NCBI GenBank assembly: GCA_965203905.1
Contig: CBDBDQ010000005.1
Location: 128,001 to 192,000 of the forward strand
Length of the DNA stretch: 64,000 nt
Reading direction: 5' to 3'
Source of the DNA: Spirochaetia bacterium
GTDB taxonomy: Bacteria > Spirochaetota > Spirochaetia > SZUA-6 > Bin103
Numbering within the stretch: position 1 is the stretch's first letter; every line of letters starts with the position of its first letter. The notes beneath the pieces are model-generated. The model saw nothing but the letters and a program-made list of their open reading frames with translations. It searched no databases and was not told where the DNA came from. The position numbers and the translations under genes are program-made. This document shows positions 58,545 through 64,000 of this stretch, piece after piece.

Positions 58545-58755
58545 GACCGCTTGACACGATGGTGCACATTGTGTAATTGTCGTAGCCATAGGTTTCGCGC
58601 GGATTTCAAAGTTCTGGTGTCTTGTGCACCGTTGAGTGGAGAATCCCATGCGGAGTTCCGGCTGTCGATGCGTTGTGTCGGCCCGGAACGCGGTCAAGAG
58701 GCCAGAGCGAAGACTTGGGCGGTACCGCCCTCTCTTCGTTAGCTAGCTTGACTTA
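58545..58755 (+). ncRNA. Candidate structured non-coding RNA (three consecutive irregular hairpins), family not recognised
   Basis: Stems 58557-58568/58623-58634, 58655-58661/58683-58689 and 58692-58753 (apex GGGCGGTACCGCCC); G-U pairs favour the + strand; no credible ORF. Confidence 0.3.
58551..58580 (+). promoter_or_regulatory. Possible sigma70 promoter with an overlapping near-palindrome
   Basis: Perfect TTGACA at 58551, then TGTAAT (15-nt spacer) or TG-t-AATTGT (18-nt spacer); TGCACA-T-TGTGTA lies across the spacer. Confidence 0.35.
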
Positions 58756-58851
58756 AAGGCGTGGAGATGGAGTTGGACGATACTATTCTTAAGTTATTTT
58801 GATAACTTCCGTACCAATTCGTCGCTAACCTTCAAGCAACGAACCAAATGG

Positions 58852-58890
58852 AAATAGCCGCCTCACAGTCTGTAGCGCGGCTATTTTTAT
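58852..58890. terminator. Probable bidirectional intrinsic terminator
   Basis: AAATAGCCGC/GCGGCTATTT 10-bp stem directly adjacent to the TAA of the 58887 ORF; T-run on the + strand. Confidence 0.65.
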
Positions 58891-59774
58891 CTGATGTTGT
58901 CGTTAGGCGCAACATTGATGTGGCGTCGCTTCCGTGCAACGGTTTGTTCTTCGTGGCAGCCGGGGAAGTTCCTGTTCTTCGTTTTGCTCACCTCGCAGTC
59001 GTAGTGGAATCGTGGATCGAAGGAGACACCGAATCTAAGTCGACCGCGGATCACACAAGATGCGTTGTGCGATCCTTCCTCCCAAAACGGCGCAAGGGCA
59101 TGTCTCGCAGCTGCCTTTGCAGGGCACTTGAAAACCAATCCTCTGTTCCCCACGAAGTACTTACCCTCTTTGACAGGGAGAGAGTTGGCCAGTCTTTTTA
59201 GGCGTATCCTAAAGTCATCGGGTTCTTCACCACTTCGAACCGCGGCATGGACGAGCTCACAAACCTTCAAGAAACCATGTCCGAATGATTTTGGTGGAAG
59301 CAGGAGACACGTCCTATTGTCCCGATTGGTGACTTCCTCAGAGATTACTGAAAAGAACGCTTGCACCTTCTTCAGTGCCCGTTTGATCTCTTTGAACAGC
59401 ACGTTGGCCGCAAAGCCCCTTTCATTTTTGGTACGCATGCGGACAACCCCGGTTGCACGGAGTGGTGCAATGAGTGCCTCCACGCCAAACTTTTCGAAGA
59501 TCGCATGTTCGCATGAGTCAATCCGGTCAGCATATAGTAAGATCAGCCTAGCGTTGCGAAGAAGCGTGTCACGGTCGTCCGGAAGGCGCTCCTTGAGTTC
59601 ATGGGCGACACGTTCGTAAAGTCTTGCGACGTACTCCTTCGTATAGCCATGCGGACAACGAAGACGTCTCAGTGGAATTAACTCCTCATTTCGGGTTCGT
59701 TCAAACCACCCTGCTAACTGCCACAGTGTCTGAGGTTGAAGTCCGGCCACGACAACAAACATCCTCTTTTTCAC
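58887..59774 (-). CDS. Unassigned 295-aa protein with His/Cys-rich C-terminal domain (candidate effector)
   Basis: Long open frame in low-GC DNA; GTGA overlap with the upstream gene; RFG...FHYDC...CH...HINVAPND. Confidence 0.85.
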   Translation of the reverse strand: MKKRMFVVVAGLQPQTLWQLAGWFERTRNEELIPLRRLRCPHGYTKEYVARLYERVAHELKERLPDDRDTLLRNARLILLYADRIDSCEHAIFEKFGVEALIAPLRATGVVRMRTKNERGFAANVLFKEIKRALKKVQAFFSVISEEVTNRDNRTCLLLPPKSFGHGFLKVCELVHAAVRSGEEPDDFRIRLKRLANSLPVKEGKYFVGNRGLVFKCPAKAAARHALAPFWEEGSHNASCVIRGRLRFGVSFDPRFHYDCEVSKTKNRNFPGCHEEQTVARKRRHINVAPNDNIR

Positions 59775-60469
59775 GGCGACTGGCGCCTCAATTTGAGAAC
59801 CACGTCCAAGGGAATGACAACTCGTTTGAGCTCGCTGGGTTCAAGAGATTCCAACACACGGTCAAGCAAATCCTGAGATCCTGATGTCCGCGATGTTTGT
59901 GATGGTGAAAGACGATAGGCTTCGGAGTCAACTTGGTTCTCTTCCAACCACTGACGTATCTTACTTCGAATCTCAGACGAGTCCACATCACGTCCAAGTA
60001 CGTACTCGCGGCTGACTTCTCTACCGAATGGTGTTTCATCAGCGGACAGATCTCGGAACTCAATTGGTTCATGATCAGTCAGGTAACGCCGCTTAGACTC
60101 TTCCAGGGGCACGCGAAAAGCTGCCCAAAATGCGGGATAGAATCGTGGTATATTTTCTGCCTCAGTCCGTTGAGTCCGCTCCAAGAGCGGCTCCGATCCG
60201 CCCTCTGAATCGACGTCGACCGATAAAGGAAGCGCTCCAACTAATTGTGTCTTAGTTGAGTGTTGGATTACCTGTACCTGATCCGAAAGTCGGGTGGTCA
60301 GGTACTGCTTTAGGGTCATTCCGAGTCTCTTTATCTCTGTGGACAGCTCCGCGCCATCTTGGTTTCCCAGACGGCTTAGCAGCAGCGGGAGCCTTTCATG
60401 CTCCCAGCACTGGCGAACCGAATCTACGATCCGCATGTTGAGATCATCTCTACTACAATTGCCCGACAT
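59771..60469 (-). CDS. Unassigned 232-aa protein with a possible N-terminal LOTUS/OST-HTH-like domain
   Basis: Long open frame in low-GC DNA; PLLLSRLG...GMTLKQYL...VQVI pattern; extended -10 seven nt upstream of the ATG. Confidence 0.85.
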   Translation of the reverse strand: MSGNCSRDDLNMRIVDSVRQCWEHERLPLLLSRLGNQDGAELSTEIKRLGMTLKQYLTTRLSDQVQVIQHSTKTQLVGALPLSVDVDSEGGSEPLLERTQRTEAENIPRFYPAFWAAFRVPLEESKRRYLTDHEPIEFRDLSADETPFGREVSREYVLGRDVDSSEIRSKIRQWLEENQVDSEAYRLSPSQTSRTSGSQDLLDRVLESLEPSELKRVVIPLDVVLKLRRQSP

Positions 60470-60476
60470 AGTCCGT

Positions 60477-60485
60477 AGGATACCA
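60477..60485 (-). promoter_or_regulatory. Extended -10 (TG-G-TATCCT) for a leaderless transcript of the two-gene operon
   Basis: Minus strand TGTGG-TATCCT-ACGGACT-ATG. Confidence 0.55.
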
Positions 60486-60734
60486 CAGTCGGACGAATGC
60501 GGTAGGTCCTTCGGGTGGATCTCTCACACAGGGCGGGCGGGCACCCGATACACCTCAACAGCGAAGAGATACGAGAGAATCCAGGATGGCGGCTACAGGC
60601 GCACGACGGTGGGGCCCGCGGTCCGGTCTGTCGCAGCTCCGCTTTGCGTGGCGTCAAACAATCTCCCGCCCATCACCGTGGCCGTGGTTCCCCACTCGAC
60701 ATTTTCGGCGCTGCACTTCAATCTGCCCCCCGTC

Positions 60735-61763
60735 GTGCAACGCAAGCAGATTCAGGACGCGTTCTTCGTCGTGCTGCTGATGGGGCTCAGCGCGGCCTTC
60801 ATACGGCTGCTGGCACCCTACCTGGTGGCGGTCGCCGTGGCGGTGATCCTGGCGCTGCTGTTGCGCCACCCATTGAACTGGCTGCTGAGGCGGGGTGTGG
60901 CACGCGGCCTGGCGACGGCGCTGGTGGTGGTAGCCCTGATCGTGCTCGGCGCCGTGTTCCTGGGCCTGTTCGGGATCCTGGTCACCTCGGAGCTGGAAGA
61001 GGGAGTGCGCATCGTCCGCTCGGAGTGGCCGAAGCTGCTGGCATGGGCACAGGAGCGGTTGCCGGGGGTGCAGGCGCTGGTGGAGCAGTTCGAGCTGGAG
61101 CAACGCATCTCCGATCTGCTCGGCAACGCCGCAAGCCAGATCCTGAGCCTGTCGCAGACGGCGCTGAGCAGCCTCGCCGGTGGCATCGTACGCGCGGTTG
61201 TGGTGGCCTTCCTGGTGATCTATCTGCTGCTGGAAGGCGAGAAGCTGGTGGAACGGCTCTACCGGCTGCTGCCGCTGGACCGCGCCCGCACCGACGAACT
61301 GATGCAGCACGCCGCCCGCACCCTGGACGCGACCGTGCTCGGCACCCTGTTCATCGGCGTGCTGGAGGGCACCTTCGGGGGGTTGCTGTTTGCGCTGTTC
61401 GGACTCCCCTCCGCCACCCTGTGGGGCCTGATCATGGTGCTGGTGTCGGTGCTGCCGCTGCTGGGCATCAACGCGGTGGTCGTGCCGGCGGGGGTGGTGC
61501 TGATCATCATGGGCGACGTGGGCCGTGGCGTCGGGCTGATCGTGGTGGGCGTGGCCGGAGCAATGGTCAGCCAGAACCTCCTGCGCCCGAAGCTGGTCGG
61601 CGATCGCTCGGGGCTGCATCCGGCGCTGGTGCTGCTGGCGACCCTTGGCGGGCTCGCCTGGCTGGGACTGGTCGGCTTCGTGATCGGCCCCATGCTGGCG
61701 ACGCTGGCCACGATCGCCTGGGAGCAGTTCGCCAGCCGCCACGGGGAGGACGCGGCGTCGTAG
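60735..61763 (+). CDS. AI-2E family (PerM/YdiK) transporter
   Basis: Y.L..GE, TV.GT, N.LRPKLVG, LHP..VLL..LGG...G..GF.IGP. Confidence 0.92.
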   Translation: MQRKQIQDAFFVVLLMGLSAAFIRLLAPYLVAVAVAVILALLLRHPLNWLLRRGVARGLATALVVVALIVLGAVFLGLFGILVTSELEEGVRIVRSEWPKLLAWAQERLPGVQALVEQFELEQRISDLLGNAASQILSLSQTALSSLAGGIVRAVVVAFLVIYLLLEGEKLVERLYRLLPLDRARTDELMQHAARTLDATVLGTLFIGVLEGTFGGLLFALFGLPSATLWGLIMVLVSVLPLLGINAVVVPAGVVLIIMGDVGRGVGLIVVGVAGAMVSQNLLRPKLVGDRSGLHPALVLLATLGGLAWLGLVGFVIGPMLATLATIAWEQFASRHGEDAAS

Positions 61764-61773
61764 GCGACCACTC

Positions 61774-62877
61774 TTACGGGTTCAACGCGTGCAGCTCCTC
61801 CGGCACGAACAGCCCATCCTTGCGGATCAGTCGGTCGTCGAAGTAGATCTCGCCGCCGCCGTACTCGGGACGCTGAATCACCACCAGGTCCCAGTGCACC
61901 TCGGAGCGGTTGCCGTTGTCCGCCTCCTCGTAGGCCTGGCCGGGAGTGAAGTGGAACGAGCCGGCGATCTTCTCGTCGAACAGAGTGTCGAGCATCGGCT
62001 GCATGATGCGGGGGTTGAACCCGAGCGAGAACTCGCCGATGTAGCGGGCGCCAGGATCGGTGTCCAGGATCTGCTCCAGCCGGGCGCGATGGTTGGCGTC
62101 GGCGCCGACGATCTTGCCGGCCGCGAACTCGAAGCGGAGGTCATCGAACACGATGCCGCGGTTGAGGCTGGGGGTGTTGACGCTCAGGGTGCCCTCCACC
62201 GAGTCGCGCACCGGGCTGGTGAACATCTCGCCGTCGGGGATGTTGCGATGGCCGGAACAGCCGATCACCGGGATGTCGCGGATCGAGAAGCGCAGGTCGG
62301 TGCCGGGCCCCACGATCCGCACCCGGTCGGACTGCTCCATGAGCTCCCGTAACGGCACCATGGAGCGGGCCATGGCGGGATAGTCAACGGTGCAGACCTC
62401 GAAGTAGAAGTCCTCGAAGGCGTCGGTGCTCATCTGTGCCTGCTGCGCCATGGACGGCGTGGGCCAGCGCAACACCACCCAGCGGGTCCGCTTGATGCGC
62501 ATCTCGGTGTGCACGGCGTTCCACACGTAACGCGAGTAGTGGGCGTAACGCTCGTGCGGCACGTCGCCCAGCTCGGTGCTGTTCAGCGTGCCGCGCAGGC
62601 CGACGTAGCACTGCACCTGCTCCATCTGACGGGCCTCGACGCTGCCCCACACCTGCATCTGCTCGGGGGTGGCGTTGCGGTACAGGGCGCGCAGCACGCG
62701 GTTGCTCTTGGTGACGCAGAGGGGATGGCCGCCGGCGGCGGCTATCGTGTCGATCAGCACCACCAGAAACTGCTCCGGCATGTCGAACGCTTCGATCAGC
62801 ACCTTGTCGCCGTCGCCCACGGCACAGGCGTGATGGACGATGATGTCGGCCAGGCGCTGGTAACGGGGATCGGCCAT
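61774..62877 (-). CDS. Aminopeptidase, M29 family
   Basis: NIPDGEMFTSP, GARYIGEF, LFDEKI.GSFH, NRSEVHWD. Confidence 0.95.
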   Translation of the reverse strand: MADPRYQRLADIIVHHACAVGDGDKVLIEAFDMPEQFLVVLIDTIAAAGGHPLCVTKSNRVLRALYRNATPEQMQVWGSVEARQMEQVQCYVGLRGTLNSTELGDVPHERYAHYSRYVWNAVHTEMRIKRTRWVVLRWPTPSMAQQAQMSTDAFEDFYFEVCTVDYPAMARSMVPLRELMEQSDRVRIVGPGTDLRFSIRDIPVIGCSGHRNIPDGEMFTSPVRDSVEGTLSVNTPSLNRGIVFDDLRFEFAAGKIVGADANHRARLEQILDTDPGARYIGEFSLGFNPRIMQPMLDTLFDEKIAGSFHFTPGQAYEEADNGNRSEVHWDLVVIQRPEYGGGEIYFDDRLIRKDGLFVPEELHALNP

Positions 62878-62898
62878 ACCCGGATCGTAGCATCAAAC

Positions 62899-63816
62899 TC
62901 AGTTCACGCGCATCGCGGCGCTGCGTACGCGCACCGGAATGGTGCGTGCGCGAGCCGGTGCCGGCGGGCGGTCGCCGGCAAGCGCCAGCAGGCGACCCAC
63001 GCGCTCGCGGACCGGCGGATGGCTGTCGGTCAGCCGTGCCTGCGCGGGGGCGGCACGGTAGCCGAACATCAACTCCCACCAGGTGCGGGCACGCCGCTCC
63101 AGGGACACCAGCGCGGAGGCCAGCCCGCGCGGATCGCCGCTCAGCGCAGCGGCGATCCGGTCGGCGTTGAACTCCCGTGAGCGCGCCAGGGCCATCCGCA
63201 ACAGGCCGCTCAGCGTCGGCGCCGCCAGCATCAGCAGCACCACGGACAGCGGAATGCCGATGACGCCCAGGGCGAGCGCGGGCAACGTGAACAACAGTCC
63301 CAATCCGCCGACCAGGGCCAACCCGCCGGTCAGGCGGCGCATGGAACCGGCGAGACTCGCCAGCCACACGTCGTTGGCCTGGATGTGCGCGATCTCGTGG
63401 GCCAGCACGCCGCGCACCTCGCGCCGGTCGAGGGACGCCAGCAACGCATCGGTCACCAGCAGCGCGGCGGCGTCGCGCGTGCCCATGGTCATGGCGTTGG
63501 GCTGTGGAGCTCGCAGCAGGAACAGTGCGGGAGGCCGGACGCCGGCGCGACCGGCCAGCTCGGCCACCTGCCGGTGCAGCCACGGCGCCCGGTACGCGTC
63601 GAGCGGAACCGCCCCCAGGTGCAGCATGTTGGCAACTGCCGATCCTCGAGGCATGCCGGCAGCCAGCAGCACCACGCCGACGCCGAGTGCCAGCGCCAGG
63701 CCGGCGGTTCCGAGCAGGTACGAGCCGATGACGACCAGCAGTCCCGCCATGGCCAGCAGATACGCGGCGGCGGTGAACACGGCGGCGATCGGGGTGGAGT
63801 GTTTCGTCATGGCCAT
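62899..63816 (-). CDS. htpX: M48 zinc metalloprotease (HtpX-like)
   Basis: PNA, HEIAH, RSREFNAD, SHPP..ER. Confidence 0.88.
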   Translation of the reverse strand: MAMTKHSTPIAAVFTAAAYLLAMAGLLVVIGSYLLGTAGLALALGVGVVLLAAGMPRGSAVANMLHLGAVPLDAYRAPWLHRQVAELAGRAGVRPPALFLLRAPQPNAMTMGTRDAAALLVTDALLASLDRREVRGVLAHEIAHIQANDVWLASLAGSMRRLTGGLALVGGLGLLFTLPALALGVIGIPLSVVLLMLAAPTLSGLLRMALARSREFNADRIAAALSGDPRGLASALVSLERRARTWWELMFGYRAAPAQARLTDSHPPVRERVGRLLALAGDRPPAPARARTIPVRVRSAAMRVN

Positions 63817-64000
63817 CTCCCTGTCAGCATTGATGCAAGCTCCGTGCCATCGCCAGACCACCAGCGGCCGGTTCTCCCGAAAACAGGATAAATACTTTCA
63901 GAAAAGTCACTTGACGCAAGGTCACCGACCCCTGCGCGAGGCCGTAACAGCGCCAAGCACGGGAGCCCGGATGCTCGGTGTCCGTGGAATGGGAAAAAAT

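Noticed and set aside
58767-58802. Tiny ORF MELDDTILKLF preceded by GGAG
   Set aside because: Only 11 codons and the SD-like sequence abuts the ATG; not supportable, though a peptide or gene relic cannot be excluded.
58545-58890. Identity as tmRNA, SRP, RNase P, 6S RNA, tRNA or a CRISPR mini-array
   Set aside because: None of their diagnostic motifs or regularly spaced direct repeats was seen.
60294-60734. Long N-terminal extension of the AI-2E ORF, and similar extensions of the ORFs at 6429, 8852, 11910, 37914 and 50998
   Set aside because: They overlap neighbouring genes or promoters; downstream starts fit family length and the upstream signals better.
63958-63986. Group II intron domain V look-alike (GAGCCCGGATGC)
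   Set aside because: Lacks the GNRA-capped domain V stem and the downstream domain VI; it is a simple hairpin at the window edge.
1-64000. Integrase, transposase, prophage, rRNA, tRNA or CRISPR array
   Set aside because: No supporting motifs or repeat-spacer periodicity found by eye; short degenerate elements could have been missed.

Overview
High-GC bacterial chromosomal window (about 70% GC by eye, not computed) with about 60 genes. The backbone holds housekeeping and catabolic genes: four Gfo/Idh/MocA oxidoreductases, sugar isomerases, a GH32 hydrolase, a sulfatase, rph, gcvT-H-PA-PB, the aapJQMP amino-acid ABC transporter, xth, a heterodimeric ABC exporter, mog-rpmB, alaS, rhaI/rhaM, and M29 and M48 peptidases. 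Four accessory patches, mostly lower in GC, interrupt it. (1) About 2.5-8.9 kb is a decaying defence cluster: WYL/Zn-finger remnant, intact GmrSD-type DUF262-DUF1524, orphan AAA_21 ATPase, broken AAA/PD-(D/E)XK gene. (2) About 31.1-31.7 kb is a DUF433/DUF5615 toxin-antitoxin pair. (3) About 51.2-53.5 kb holds DUF262 plus a truncated HEPN gene, a broken BrnT-type TA pair and a frameshifted FN3 gene. (4) About 58.5-60.5 kb is an intact, translationally coupled two-gene operon of unassigned proteins next to a hairpin-rich non-coding stretch. Patch 4 is the best candidate for an undescribed system, possibly defence or toxin-antitoxin, possibly RNA-associated. Many genes appear to be leaderless (TAnnnT 6-9 nt before the start codon). 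No rRNA, tRNA, CRISPR array, integrase or transposase was recognised. All family calls come from motif recognition by eye, not database searches.
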